Source of the DNA: an uncultured delta proteobacterium
GTDB taxonomy: Bacteria > Bdellovibrionota > FAC87 > UBA2466
Assembly (NCBI GenBank): GCA_963778115.1
Contig: CAVZSV010000004.1
Location: 2,592,001 to 2,656,000, forward strand
Direction of reading: 5' to 3'
DNA length: 64,000 nt
In this document: piece by piece, positions 1 to 10,026 of the stretch
Position numbering within the stretch: the stretch's first letter is position 1
Layout: the number at the start of each line of letters is the position of its first letter
Notes under the pieces: generated by a model
Databases searched by the model: none
What the model was told of the DNA's origin: nothing
Seen by the model: only the letters and a program-made list of their open reading frames with translations
Position numbers and translations under genes: made by a program

Positions 1-368
1 GTCGTATAGAAATCGATGACCTTCTTTGCGAGAAAAAGAGATAGATAGGTGAGGATAAGGACCATGAAAAGTTTGGTGGGTGAGGCCGAGAGTGCATTGG
101 GAATCGGAATGACAATGTTTTCTCTTATCTTGAGCTCGTGCGGATTCCAATTGGACTGCACGATACTCTCTGAAATGGGAATGAGTAGCCCGACTGTCGC
201 GATTTCAAGGGCTGCGGAGAAAAACGATCCTATGATCGAGTAGGAAAATTCAATGAGGGGTATTCCGGCTTTTTTGAGCAATTGAAAACAGCGACGAGCG
301 ACAAAAAGGCTCTGCAGCCAATTTCTAATCTTTCCGCGAGTCAGCCATTTCTTTACTAGGGTGCGCAT
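1..368 (-). CDS. ABC transporter ATP-binding/permease protein, N-terminal part (runs off window start)
   Basis: Not in ORF track. Open frame from ATG 368: MRTLVKKWL...IIGSFFSAALEIATVGLLIPISESI...KLFMVLILTYLSLFLAKKVIDFY, resembling the first TM helices of MsbA/HepA-type exporters. Confidence 0.55.
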   Translation of the reverse strand, partial: MRTLVKKWLTRGKIRNWLQSLFVARRCFQLLKKAGIPLIEFSYSIIGSFFSAALEIATVGLLIPISESIVQSNWNPHELKIRENIVIPIPNALSASPTKLFMVLILTYLSLFLAKKVIDFYT

Positions 369-450
369 GGTCAAAGGAGTTATCGACATGTTGCGTCAAT
401 AACTTTAGCGTTAACGACGACGATAGATAAGATGGGATTTCAATGGCTTA

Positions 451-503
451 CGATACCAAGGGTTCGGGCCAAAGGAAATCTTTGGCCCGAACCCTTGGTA
501 TCG
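451..503. terminator. Perfect 24-bp inverted repeat, putative terminator/stabilising hairpin
   Basis: CGATACCAAGGGTTCGGGCCAAAG-gaaat-CTTTGGCCCGAACCCTTGGTATCG just after the stop of 513..1145; no U-tract. Confidence 0.55.
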
Positions 504-512
504 AACTAAGGC

Positions 513-1145
513 TCACCAGTAGCCGCGCTGACAGGTTCCGTTCACGCAGGTGGCAAAGCCCCCGGGGCCCGCGATAGCAGTTCCACAGACACCGTTGACC
601 GGCGAGCAGCCGTGGATTCCCACACCGACACCTTCGCCTGGAATGTAGACGACGCCACCGTAGAATTGATTGCCGTTGGTCGGGTTATAGAAGTAACCGC
701 CGAGTGCTCCATCGCCGTATGTGTCGAAAATAGAACCACCTCCAATTTCGAGGGGCTGCCCCTGCGAATTGTAGTAAGTGTTTCCCGAGCGGGTCCAAGT
801 GTACGGGCCCTGGGTTCCGCTGCTCTCATACATTGCATTCTCGCTGTAAGTCGCAGAGGTCCCAAGTGTGATTTGATTTACATTGGGATAGGCGTACGCG
901 ACTACCACTCCGAGATCCGCCGTTTGGGCTGGAGCCTGCGTTCGGTTGCTCGCTGTTGATTGCTCCAGTTGCTGATTCAATACGGTGCTTGCCACCTGCA
1001 TTTGCGACGTAGGGGAGGCGAACGCCGTGGAGTTAGCTGAAGGGGTGTTAGAGGTAGCGCCGTAGGGCCTTGCGCAGCCGACCATCGCGATGGCAAATAG
1101 AACACCCAGGCCATTACGAATTGTTTTAATAAGTAGGTTCTGCAT
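513..1145 (-). CDS. Hypothetical lipoprotein, Gly/Tyr-rich with Cys-containing C-terminus
   Basis: Lipobox-like AMVG-C, AGGAGAG RBS, upstream -24/-12 site. Confidence 0.75.
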   Translation of the reverse strand: MQNLLIKTIRNGLGVLFAIAMVGCARPYGATSNTPSANSTAFASPTSQMQVASTVLNQQLEQSTASNRTQAPAQTADLGVVVAYAYPNVNQITLGTSATYSENAMYESSGTQGPYTWTRSGNTYYNSQGQPLEIGGGSIFDTYGDGALGGYFYNPTNGNQFYGGVVYIPGEGVGVGIHGCSPVNGVCGTAIAGPGGFATCVNGTCQRGYW

Positions 1146-1190
1146 TAGTCTCTCCTTTTGTTTTATTTCTTCGAATAAGGTTCTACAAAT

Positions 1191-1205
1191 GCAAGCGGTG
1201 ATCCA
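1191..1205 (-). promoter_or_regulatory. Putative sigma54 promoter
   Basis: TGGATCACCGCTTGC (GG-N10-GC) 46 bp upstream of 1145. Confidence 0.5.
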
Positions 1206-1581
1206 GAGGATGGGAAAGCTGAGAGTTGCTAATTTTTTTTAAAAACCACAGACGATCGGGTCACCTCATCGTTCAACAGGAAGCGATGACAGGATTTCCT
1301 TGGGGGCATTACGAGCATGGTTCAATGGTTTGGTTAGTACGTGCGTGGAGAGTTACGAACGAGGAGAATTGATATTCGGTAAGTCCTCCTAATACGAAAG
1401 GAAAAAGACCTCCTCAAAGGGGATCGAGTGCTGAAAATACCATCAAGAATGTAACGTCCTTGGACTCCTGTTTAGGTATTTCGCTTTTACGTCTGAATAT
1501 ACAGCGACCTTGTTTCGCCCAAGTCGACTTCAATTATGGAGAAACTTTCATTTTTCTACTTTTATCTGGTAACGAGCCGAC

Positions 1582-2925
1582 ATGAGCCATACTAGCTCTC
1601 TATCAGGAACCGCCCCGCAACAGTTTTTTGAGAATTTGGACGATAACGCATCGAAGTATCGTAAACGGGAGCGTGTCGTGCTTAGGGTCAAAGTCCAATG
1701 GAGTCGAAAGCAGATTGAAGCGGAAAAGCTAGCGATTCGCTCCGAACTTGACCTCATATTGAAAGAACGTGGTCATAAGCGTCGTCTGCAGCACATATTG
1801 TCTAAAATCCGCGAGACGAAGGAGGGAGAAACCTCCCTCGATCAGCTGCGATGCTTTATTTATGTTATCTCAGCACTCATTCATCAAGATCGTTTTGGAG
1901 GCGTTCCTCTTAGACAAGCACAAAAAATAGTAACTCTGGCTTATGCTCTTTTGCACATTCAAGGGATAGAACCCATAAGCTCCCAACTCGCTTTTCTTTA
2001 CGGAGAGGTCCATTTAGCTCTGAGCCAAGTATACCGGCGTGAAGGTTTCCATTGGATGGCGGCATGGGAACAGCAATTATCTAAATATCTATCTGGGAAA
2101 TCTTCCGAAGCTCATGAAGGTTTTCAAAACTTGGCGAGTGGAATCCGTCTATTACGCTTGGGACACGGAGGTTTTGCCGCAAAGATCTATGAGTCTGCTG
2201 AGAAAGAGCTGACCGAACATGCCAAAGTCCGCTGCCAAATCGATCGCATTCGTCTCTTACGTTTCGGAGGAGATCTCAAAGGGGCGATCGAATTAATAGC
2301 GGAGTGCCAGGAACTTCCTTTCTTGCGTGCGGAAGAAAAGATGGAGTTAGCCTGGGAAAGAAAATGCTCGGAAGCTTCCTCCGATGGAAATGTAGATGCT
2401 TTGGTGCTTAGCGTTAGAAGAAGTGGAAAGCACCACGACTATTCTTACCTCATCGAAGCTTTCCTCTGGTCTCGATCGGTAACTTCCAAGAAGTGGGTGG
2501 AAAGATTTTCTACCATGAGAAGTCTCTGTCATGATCCGAAACTTAGGGCTCCGACGCAGTCTCTTTTCTATAAAAGCGCTTTGGCGATCCAACGCTGTTA
2601 CGATTACGAGATTCCTTTTTTGATTCGGTTACGACACTTGGGAAAAATGCTCGCAAGAATTCAGAAATTGGTAACCGTAGATCAAGAGCTTCTCGTTTGG
2701 GCCGCGACGGCGCGTTGGCTAGTGAGAAGCCGATCCTTTTCCCTAGCCTGCCTCGCTATTAGCGAATATCAGTCTTTAAGTCTGCGCCTGAGTTCTGGAA
2801 CCAACGACGATGCACTGGGAGTGATGGCCGATCTACTAGCCAGCGAATGGTTTACCAAGAATCAGTCCGTGTTTACCAAACGCGCTCTATCACCGATGGC
2901 CCGTCCTTGGCGGCGAACGGGATAG
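1582..2925 (+). CDS. Hypothetical alpha-helical (TPR-like) protein
   Basis: 447-aa ORF, amphipathic helical pattern, no recognised motif. Confidence 0.7.
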   Translation: MSHTSSLSGTAPQQFFENLDDNASKYRKRERVVLRVKVQWSRKQIEAEKLAIRSELDLILKERGHKRRLQHILSKIRETKEGETSLDQLRCFIYVISALIHQDRFGGVPLRQAQKIVTLAYALLHIQGIEPISSQLAFLYGEVHLALSQVYRREGFHWMAAWEQQLSKYLSGKSSEAHEGFQNLASGIRLLRLGHGGFAAKIYESAEKELTEHAKVRCQIDRIRLLRFGGDLKGAIELIAECQELPFLRAEEKMELAWERKCSEASSDGNVDALVLSVRRSGKHHDYSYLIEAFLWSRSVTSKKWVERFSTMRSLCHDPKLRAPTQSLFYKSALAIQRCYDYEIPFLIRLRHLGKMLARIQKLVTVDQELLVWAATARWLVRSRSFSLACLAISEYQSLSLRLSSGTNDDALGVMADLLASEWFTKNQSVFTKRALSPMARPWRRTG

Positions 2926-3175
2926 TAGATCCGAACTGAGTACGCGAAAAAACGGATTCCTTTAGACGCTTTACCTGATATCGGCCTGACAAAATTGAAA
3001 AAATCGGTGTCGAAGTCTTAGACACCTGACGAATGTGTCGCCATTACCGGCAATTAGCTTCGTTAGTCGCTCCGCGGGCCATTTAGCCGGACAAAAAAAA
3101 CAATTGAGTAACAAAATCGCAAATCTGTTTTTCTGAAAATTCAGGGGCTTGGATTATCTCGTGAATAAGGCAGCT

Positions 3176-3190
3176 TGGCACGAACCATGC
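3176..3190 (+). promoter_or_regulatory. Putative sigma54 promoter
   Basis: TGGCACGAACCATGC; TGT-N11-ACA-like sites upstream at 3008 and 3036. Confidence 0.6.
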
Positions 3191-3221
3191 GAATAAGGAA
3201 GTCCATTGGTTGAGGAGATCT

Positions 3222-3836
3222 ATGAAATTGTTTCGTGTGCTCAGTCTTTTAGTTCTAGCGTTTGGCCTTTCCGGTTGTCTTTCGGAAGGAAGTTCGGACA
3301 GTAGTGCCCTTCCGTCGGATCTAGTCCCCGCTGATTCTAGGCCAAGTACGAGCTCTGAAGGATTGCCAGGCTATATGGCGACACCCAATGCCATAGTGCT
3401 AAATGTCGATCCCACTTCGGGAGATGTGGATATTCAAGCTCCGCCAAATACTTTCCAAGCCTTCAACGGCGATAACAGTGCTTTAGTGGTTTCGATTTTT
3501 CACGCGCAAGAGACTGACGTAGGGGAGCTGTACGCAGCTCCGAAGGAGAATGATACTTTACCAGCTCAGTATGACGGCTCGGATTATCCTTCGTCCGATG
3601 GGAGTTTCAAGACGAGTATTTCGATGCCCGTTCCCAAAGCTATCGTGATCGCTTTAGGACAAAAGCCCAATAGCGACGACGTGACTATTATCGATCGTGA
3701 CGATACGACCCATCCGATGTTTGCCATCTATATCCCGGTCCCCTCAATCACGGGAACCACTTACGTTCCGCTTTCCACAGTTTTAGCGGACTTCATGACG
3801 TGGTGGAAAAATCACGTTCCAGGAGCAACTTTTTAA
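3222..3836 (+). CDS. Hypothetical lipoprotein
   Basis: GAGGAG RBS before ATG 3222; lipobox LSG-C. Confidence 0.8.
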   Translation: MKLFRVLSLLVLAFGLSGCLSEGSSDSSALPSDLVPADSRPSTSSEGLPGYMATPNAIVLNVDPTSGDVDIQAPPNTFQAFNGDNSALVVSIFHAQETDVGELYAAPKENDTLPAQYDGSDYPSSDGSFKTSISMPVPKAIVIALGQKPNSDDVTIIDRDDTTHPMFAIYIPVPSITGTTYVPLSTVLADFMTWWKNHVPGATF

Positions 3837-3847
3837 AAAGTTTCGAA

Positions 3848-4354
3848 TTAGAATCGACAGAGCTGCTGGACAATGACGTTTACGAAATTTGCTTGGATAC
3901 ACTGGTAAAATTGATTCACGTTCGCAAGCGGCTGACTGAAACAATAAAAGTTAAAACCGACGCCAAAAGGAGTTACGTAGCCGTTGCCGTGGGCTACCGT
4001 TCCTTGATAAGGCGTGACGAAAGCGATCTGCTCATTATTAAAAGAGACATTGTGATTTTGTCCTCCATTTGGACTTTTCCACTCCAATACCTCACCCCCG
4101 TATCCGAACCAGTCATTATAGTAAGCGAGTAATCCCGTCGAAGGACTCACCACCGCTTCTTGAGCGGGAATCAAAGGACGAGGAAGTCTAGGATCGTAAG
4201 CGTTCCATCGTAACAGTCCGCAGTCGTTAAGACCGTCGGCGACCGCTTGAGCGGCGTCGCGTGCTATCTGAGGAACCGATGAAGGAAATGCAATCGCAGG
4301 TGAGTCTTGCAAGGTGATTAATAGAGAAATACCAACTAAAAAAATCCGTTTCAT
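3848..4354 (-). CDS. Hypothetical secreted protein
   Basis: GGAGAGG RBS, signal peptide MKRIFLVGISLLITLQDSPAIA. Confidence 0.7.
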   Translation of the reverse strand: MKRIFLVGISLLITLQDSPAIAFPSSVPQIARDAAQAVADGLNDCGLLRWNAYDPRLPRPLIPAQEAVVSPSTGLLAYYNDWFGYGGEVLEWKSPNGGQNHNVSFNNEQIAFVTPYQGTVAHGNGYVTPFGVGFNFYCFSQPLANVNQFYQCIQANFVNVIVQQLCRF

Positions 4355-4442
4355 CGCCTCTCCGTCCATCTAAGTGAAGTGCCAGTACGCAGAGGTGCCG
4401 TCAAACTATGAAATTAACGCGTCGCTAAAGGTTTAGGGGGCT

Positions 4443-4662
4443 GAAAATGTGTCCGGGGTTTTCCACAAGGAAGTGGAAAACCCCGGACGACGCCTTGGTT
4501 TTTGAGGTGGATCGTTGAGACGGAAATCGTGAAGTCCCGGGCACCACCTTGCGGGGACAATTCTTATTTAGAAAATCTTTGTTGTCGTTCTCTCTGCCGT
4601 ACTTAAGTTGTTGTCCTAAAAGTTTGTTGCTCTAAGTTGTAGTTACCGTCATTGCTCGTGAA
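4443..4662 (-). ncRNA. Candidate sigma54-dependent sRNA with repeated ACAAC/CAACAA motifs
   Basis: Promoter at 4674-4688, no ORF of 60 aa or more, single-stranded-looking A/C-rich repeats, closing 16-bp hairpin at 4451-4488. Confidence 0.5.
4451..4488 (-). terminator. 16-bp perfect hairpin, putative terminator
   Basis: GTCCGGGGTTTTCCAC-N6-GTGGAAAACCCCGGAC, followed by ACATTTTC on the minus strand. Confidence 0.7.
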
Positions 4663-4673
4663 CTAAAACTAGT

Positions 4674-4688
4674 GCAAGCGGAGGGCCA
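4674..4688 (-). promoter_or_regulatory. Putative sigma54 promoter
   Basis: TGGCCCTCCGCTTGC(A). Confidence 0.65.
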
Positions 4689-4985
4689 TGGGTTTTCGAA
4701 GCTAGACACAAACGGGGGGCTTATACTTTAGGAATACAAAATCATCAGTTTCGATCCAGTTACGAATGCCGAAATCAAAATAAATAAATTATAATAATTA
4801 GTTACACCACTGACTAGGTGCTGAAAATCTTTTCACCTGGTGTATACCCGCAAGACACACTCATCATCTCTTCCGACGTAGAGTTAGACGTAGGCGTGAA
4901 CGAACCCCGAGCCCTTTTAAGCCCCCAAAAGCCCTTTTTCGTCGCCTTTGGCGAGATCTCAGACACCGTTAGGCACAGGTGACCT

Positions 4986-5000
4986 TGGCCCAATACGTGC
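4986..5000 (+). promoter_or_regulatory. Putative sigma54 promoter
   Basis: TGGCCCAATACGTGC(T) upstream of 5049. Confidence 0.5.
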
Positions 5001-5048
5001 TGTTACTCCCCTTGAGAGTTATGGGGCTAACGCCCAGGGGGAAAACGA

Positions 5049-5348
5049 ATGTCTGTCATTAAATCTGTCTCGAAATTATTTGCCGCTCTCGTCGTCATGG
5101 CGACAGTGGCGGCTTGCGGTAACAGCACTCCGACCAATGGGCAAACGACAAACGGGCAATACCAAAACGGTCAATACTCGCAAACGGGAACGAACCCACA
5201 AAATTATCCTCAAGGGATCTCGCCGGGCTACCAACCGGGTATGGGTGGCGGCCAGTTTGGTGGGCAGGGCGGTCAATTCGGTGGCCAGTTCGGCGGTGGT
5301 CAATATGGCGGACAACAGGGTGGCGGCTATTATTATAACGGCGAATAA
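5049..5348 (+). CDS. Small Gly/Gln/Tyr-rich lipoprotein
   Basis: Lipobox VAA-C, GGQF/GGQY repeats, followed by a terminator. Confidence 0.8.
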   Translation: MSVIKSVSKLFAALVVMATVAACGNSTPTNGQTTNGQYQNGQYSQTGTNPQNYPQGISPGYQPGMGGGQFGGQGGQFGGQFGGGQYGGQQGGGYYYNGE

Positions 5349-5391
5349 TCTGGCATTTCGAATTTAGTATAAGCCTGCGAAATGCGGACTT

Positions 5392-5425
5392 GGGGGAAAC
5401 GGCTTGCCGCTTCCCCCTTTTTTTT
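5392..5425 (+). terminator. Rho-independent terminator
   Basis: GGGGGAAACGGC-tt-GCCGCTTCCCCC followed by T8. Confidence 0.8.
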
Positions 5426-5477
5426 GTGCTCACCACACTTCTTGTAAAGACGCTGCTATCTTGGGTAGTATCGGGCC

Positions 5478-8400
5478 ATGAAGCCTGTAACGTCCGACGT
5501 CCATTTTCCGACGCTAGAAAAACAGATCTTAGCATTTTGGCGAAGCCACGACATTGTGGCCAAAGGGCTTAAAGCCAACGAGGGTAAAGAGGCCTTTGTC
5601 TTTTACGATGGCCCCCCCTTCGCCACGGGCCTGCCTCACTATGGGCATATCTTGGCGGGGACACTCAAGGATATCGTTCCCCGTTACTGGGTGATGAAGG
5701 GTAAATATGTCCAACGTCGCTGGGGCTGGGATTGTCACGGCCTCCCCGTTGAATTTGAGATGGAAAAGGAGCTTTCCCTCTCCGGTCTTCATGAAGTTGA
5801 ACAGTATGGCATCGCCAAATTTAACGAGGCTTGCCGAGCCATCGTTCAGCGCTACACCAAAGAATGGGAAGATATCATTGATCGTACCGGCCGTTGGGTG
5901 GATTTCAAAAACCATTACCGCACGATGGATACCCCCTTCATGGAGAGCGTCTGGTGGGTGGTAAAGCAAATTTGGGACAAAGATCTTATCTTCGAAGGGT
6001 ATCGCGTCATGCCCTACTCTTGGCGAATCTCCACCCCATTATCCAATATGGAAGCGAGTCTAAACTATAAAGAAGTTCAGGATCCGGCACTCACGGTACG
6101 TTTCAAACAGTCAGATAAAGATCGCTACTTTTTGGCCTGGACGACAACGCCTTGGACCCTTCCCTCCAATATGGCGTTATCGGTGAATCCGAAACTCGAT
6201 TACGTTGAAATAGAGGAGGTGACGTCTAAGACCCATTATGTAGTTGCGGCCGCGCGACTGGTTGCTTATTACAAAACGCCGCAAGAATACCGTGTGGTTT
6301 CGGAATTTACGGGGAAGAGTTTAGAGGGATTGACCTACGAACCTCTTTTTCCTTATTTCGCCGAGAAGAAAACCGAAGGGGCCTTTCGCGTTGTTGGAGG
6401 TGATCACGTCTTGGCTACCGATGGAACGGGCATCGTCCATACGGCGCCTGCCTTTGGCGAAGACGATTTTGCGGTCTGCCAGAAATATAAGATTCCTCTT
6501 GTAGCGCCCGTCGACGAAGAAGGAAAATTCACCAAAGAAGTTCCGGAATACGCCGGTCAAAACGTTAAAGAGGCCGATAAAGCCATCATTAAAGACCTAA
6601 AGGCCAAGGGATCTATTGTTCGTCACGATACCCTGGTTCATAACTACCCGTTTTGCTGGCGAAGCGACACGCCTCTCATCTACAAGGCCATCTCAACGTG
6701 GTTTGTTCGCCTCGATCCGATACGCGATAAGATCATCGAGAACAATAAGAAGACTCATTGGGTTCCCGAACATTTGCGGGATGGGCGATTTGGGAATTGG
6801 CTTGAAAATTCTAGGGACTGGAACATAAGCAGAAACCGATTTTGGGGCACACCTATCCCTATTTGGCGCTGTACGCCCGAATGTGGCGAGAAAATATGCC
6901 TAGGTTCCATCGCCGAACTTGAAAAACTGGGAGGAAAGAAGCTCACCGATATTCACAAGCATTTTGTCGACGATATCGAAATCCCCTGTCCCAAGTGTAA
7001 GGCTAAGATGCGTCGGATTCCCGAAGTGTTGGACTGTTGGTTTGAGAGCGGCTCCATGCCCTATGGACAAGCGCACTATCCGTTTGAGAACAAGGAAGCT
7101 TTTGAAAAAACCTTTCCGGCAGACTTTATTGCCGAGGGAATCGATCAGACGCGCGGCTGGTTTTATACCCTGTCTGTGCTTTCCTCTGCTCTGTTCGGCA
7201 AAGAACCTTTTAAGAACGTCATGGTGAATGGGCTCGTGCTTGCCGAAGACGGAAAGAAGATGAGTAAGCGCCTTAAGAATTACCCTGATCCCATGTATGT
7301 CATGGATACTTACGGGGCAGATGCCATGCGCGCCTATCTCATGAGCTCTCCGGCTTCTCACGCTGAAGATCTGAGGTTTTCCGAAAATGGGGTGAAAGAA
7401 ATGGTACGCTCGGTTCTTTTGCCTTTTTGGAATGCGTACAGCTTTTTGGTTACTTACGCCCGTGCGGATGGATGGGAGCCCGACCATTTTGATGAATCCC
7501 GGATGCAGGCCTTGGGAAACGAATTAGATCGCTGGATCGTTTCGCACTTTCAAAGCTTGGTTCGTAAAGTCGATGAAAAGATGGCGGTGTATCACCTTTA
7601 TGAGGTGGTTCCTGAAGTGATCTCGTTTATCGACGAGCTTACTAACTGGTATATCCGTCTTAACCGTCGTCGTTTTTGGAGTGACGAAAAATCCGAGGAC
7701 AAGCTTCAGGCCTATTCCACACTCTACTACGTGCTGCGCGAATTCAGTAAAGTTTTGGCTCCCATCTTACCTTTCATCACAGAAGAGATTTTTCAAAATC
7801 TCTCCATCGGGAAGGAAAAGGGACAGAGCGTTCATTTAAGTCAATTTCCGATAACGCATGTGAAATGGATCGATACCGATCTGGAAGAAGACTTAAGGCT
7901 GGTCCAAAATGTGGTTTCAATGGGACGAAACTTACGAAATACCCATAAGCTGAAGACAAGACAGCCGCTGCGTGAGTTTAAGGTTATTACTCGAGATTCG
8001 AAAGATAAAAGACCGGTCGAGAAGTTTAAGCCTCTGATCGCGCAAGAACTCAATGTAAAGATCGTAAGTTTTGAAAGTGACGAGGCGAAATGGGTCACGA
8101 TGAGTGCTAAGCCCAATGCGAAAGTGCTGGGCCCTCGTTTGGGTACCAAGATGAAGGCCATCTCCCAAAAAATCAGAGAGCTTTCGGCCTCTCAAGTCGC
8201 GGAGTTAGAGACAAAAGGGTCTTTGATCGTAGAGGGCGAAACCATTGGCCGTGACGATATCGTAGTGGAACGCCAAGCTCGGGAAGATGGAATCATTCAG
8301 AATTTAGGCCCTATTACGGTTTGGCTAGATGCGAAGTTGGATGACACGCTCATCGCCGAAGGAAGAGCGCGAGAGTTTGTAAATCGCGTGCAGAAACTGC

Positions 8401-8615
8401 GCAAGGATCTCAATTTCGAGGTCACGGATCGAATTAAAGTGGAATACGAGTGTTCCGTCGAACTCTCTTCCGCCATCGAAAAGCACCGGGACTACATTAC
8501 TAGCGAGACGTTAGCGCAACATCTAATGATCGCTCCGAAACGCACTCAGTGGGTGGTGGAGGAAGCGATTGACGATCTTCAACTTAAACTATCGGTGGAA
8601 AAGATTATTGAATGA
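5478..8615 (+). CDS. ileS: Isoleucine--tRNA ligase, IleRS2 type
   Basis: DGPPFATGLPHYGH, GWDCHGLP, WTTTPWTL editing motif, KMSKR; 1045 aa with IleRS2-type C-terminus (EGRAREFVNRVQKLRK). Confidence 0.97.
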   Translation: MKPVTSDVHFPTLEKQILAFWRSHDIVAKGLKANEGKEAFVFYDGPPFATGLPHYGHILAGTLKDIVPRYWVMKGKYVQRRWGWDCHGLPVEFEMEKELSLSGLHEVEQYGIAKFNEACRAIVQRYTKEWEDIIDRTGRWVDFKNHYRTMDTPFMESVWWVVKQIWDKDLIFEGYRVMPYSWRISTPLSNMEASLNYKEVQDPALTVRFKQSDKDRYFLAWTTTPWTLPSNMALSVNPKLDYVEIEEVTSKTHYVVAAARLVAYYKTPQEYRVVSEFTGKSLEGLTYEPLFPYFAEKKTEGAFRVVGGDHVLATDGTGIVHTAPAFGEDDFAVCQKYKIPLVAPVDEEGKFTKEVPEYAGQNVKEADKAIIKDLKAKGSIVRHDTLVHNYPFCWRSDTPLIYKAISTWFVRLDPIRDKIIENNKKTHWVPEHLRDGRFGNWLENSRDWNISRNRFWGTPIPIWRCTPECGEKICLGSIAELEKLGGKKLTDIHKHFVDDIEIPCPKCKAKMRRIPEVLDCWFESGSMPYGQAHYPFENKEAFEKTFPADFIAEGIDQTRGWFYTLSVLSSALFGKEPFKNVMVNGLVLAEDGKKMSKRLKNYPDPMYVMDTYGADAMRAYLMSSPASHAEDLRFSENGVKEMVRSVLLPFWNAYSFLVTYARADGWEPDHFDESRMQALGNELDRWIVSHFQSLVRKVDEKMAVYHLYEVVPEVISFIDELTNWYIRLNRRRFWSDEKSEDKLQAYSTLYYVLREFSKVLAPILPFITEEIFQNLSIGKEKGQSVHLSQFPITHVKWIDTDLEEDLRLVQNVVSMGRNLRNTHKLKTRQPLREFKVITRDSKDKRPVEKFKPLIAQELNVKIVSFESDEAKWVTMSAKPNAKVLGPRLGTKMKAISQKIRELSASQVAELETKGSLIVEGETIGRDDIVVERQAREDGIIQNLGPITVWLDAKLDDTLIAEGRAREFVNRVQKLRKDLNFEVTDRIKVEYECSVELSSAIEKHRDYITSETLAQHLMIAPKRTQWVVEEAIDDLQLKLSVEKIIE

Positions 8616-8712
8616 GGGCTCGGATCTTTTTGTCTGTTATTGCGTTATCCAAACGGCACTTATACAGGGAGATTGCTTCTTCGAGTCGTTCCAGTGGCAA
8701 AAGGAAAAAGCC

Positions 8713-10026
8713 TTACAGCCGAAACCATGACGAAACTTGAATTCTATTATTCTGCGCTTGGACTCCATCCGCGTAAGTAGTTTGACTGATGGAGTACTCA
8801 ATACCAGCTCGGATTTGCTTTGTGAAATCGTGATAAATATTGGCAAAGAGGATTTCTGATCGCGTGTAGATAACATTCTTGCCGATATTCGAGTTAACAA
8901 GTTCTGCGGCGTTGCTTGAATTTAATCGGCCGTATCCGACGTTAACGTACGTGCTCCATTGGCTGGGAAGATGGTATTGCAAGACTAAGTTGAAGGTTTG
9001 CAAATTAACGAGCTGAAAGCTCCCATTGGCGTTGATACCGGCGAGCCCTGGATCGAGGTTAATCGACGTATTAGCGACAGAAGTTTGGTTGGCCGCGAAA
9101 GCTCCCAAATTACCGCTCCAACTCGTGAATGCATCTCCGTATCCCGATCCTGCGGTGAGTTCTCCCGACAGCAATAGCGCGTGGCCGTGCTCCGCTTCGG
9201 AAGCCGCAATAATCGGAACCATGGTATCCAACGCTGCTGCATATCCTAAATACCGAGTGGTTCCTCCCAGCCCGTTGCCGTTAGGCGTTTGAAAATTTCT
9301 AAGAGTACCGGACAGCGCCACACTCATGGGTTGAAGGGTGACTTCTCCTGACGAGCTATTAAGGTAAGGGGCTTTTCTCGACGTAATCGAATATTTGGCT
9401 CCGGTATCTAAATTAGGCAATTGTGAGTCTTTCTGAGTCGGCCGAGATAAGGAGGCGCCGACCACAAGGTCCCCAAATTTCTTGAGTGCCGTAATCTGAG
9501 GGGTTCTTTGATACACGACACCCGTCACAGGTGCGACGGAGACCGTCGGGGGAAGGTAATACGTTTGCCATCCAAAAAGCGTCCAAGTCTGCCCTGCGAT
9601 AATCTGCCAGTCGTCGTTATCCGCCATCAGATAAGCGTGTCGCATTCGTAAGGTAGGAGAGGTGTAGGTTGCCCCTTCGCTTCCACTATTAGTGAGGCCG
9701 AGAAGATCAAATTCCAAATAGCCTTTGGACTTCCAATCACTCACGGTTGGCGCCATTGCGGCGAAAGAGATACGGGAGTTTCGTGGCGAAAATTGGGTTT
9801 GGCCGTTAGTTCCATTTAAGGTTCCAGGGCGAGCAATGGGGGCACTTCCTAAAGTCTCCACCAAGCCACGTGTGCTATCGACGATGGTATCGAGTTCGGC
9901 GAATCCGCCTAAGAGTACCTTCCAATCGTTCTGATCTAACAAAGTAACAGCCGCATGAGCGGAGGTATTTAAGAAGGTTCCCACAAGGAACCACCAGGCA
10001 AAGGAACGAAAAACGGAATGCTTCAT
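8713..10026 (-). CDS. Outer-membrane porin, DcaP-like
   Basis: Signal peptide (AHA), GYLEFD, RMRHAY, AGQTWTLF motifs, C-terminal aromatic strand. Confidence 0.75.
   Translation of the reverse strand: MKHSVFRSFAWWFLVGTFLNTSAHAAVTLLDQNDWKVLLGGFAELDTIVDSTRGLVETLGSAPIARPGTLNGTNGQTQFSPRNSRISFAAMAPTVSDWKSKGYLEFDLLGLTNSGSEGATYTSPTLRMRHAYLMADNDDWQIIAGQTWTLFGWQTYYLPPTVSVAPVTGVVYQRTPQITALKKFGDLVVGASLSRPTQKDSQLPNLDTGAKYSITSRKAPYLNSSSGEVTLQPMSVALSGTLRNFQTPNGNGLGGTTRYLGYAAALDTMVPIIAASEAEHGHALLLSGELTAGSGYGDAFTSWSGNLGAFAANQTSVANTSINLDPGLAGINANGSFQLVNLQTFNLVLQYHLPSQWSTYVNVGYGRLNSSNAAELVNSNIGKNVIYTRSEILFANIYHDFTKQIRAGIEYSISQTTYADGVQAQNNRIQVSSWFRL

Noticed and set aside
1210..1560. Riboswitch or sRNA in the intergenic region with GGAGG hairpins
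   Set aside because: No recognisable aptamer, promoter or terminator to support it
5349..5477. T-box or attenuator upstream of ileS
   Set aside because: Leader is too short and has no T-box motif; the hairpin is better explained as the terminator of 5049..5348
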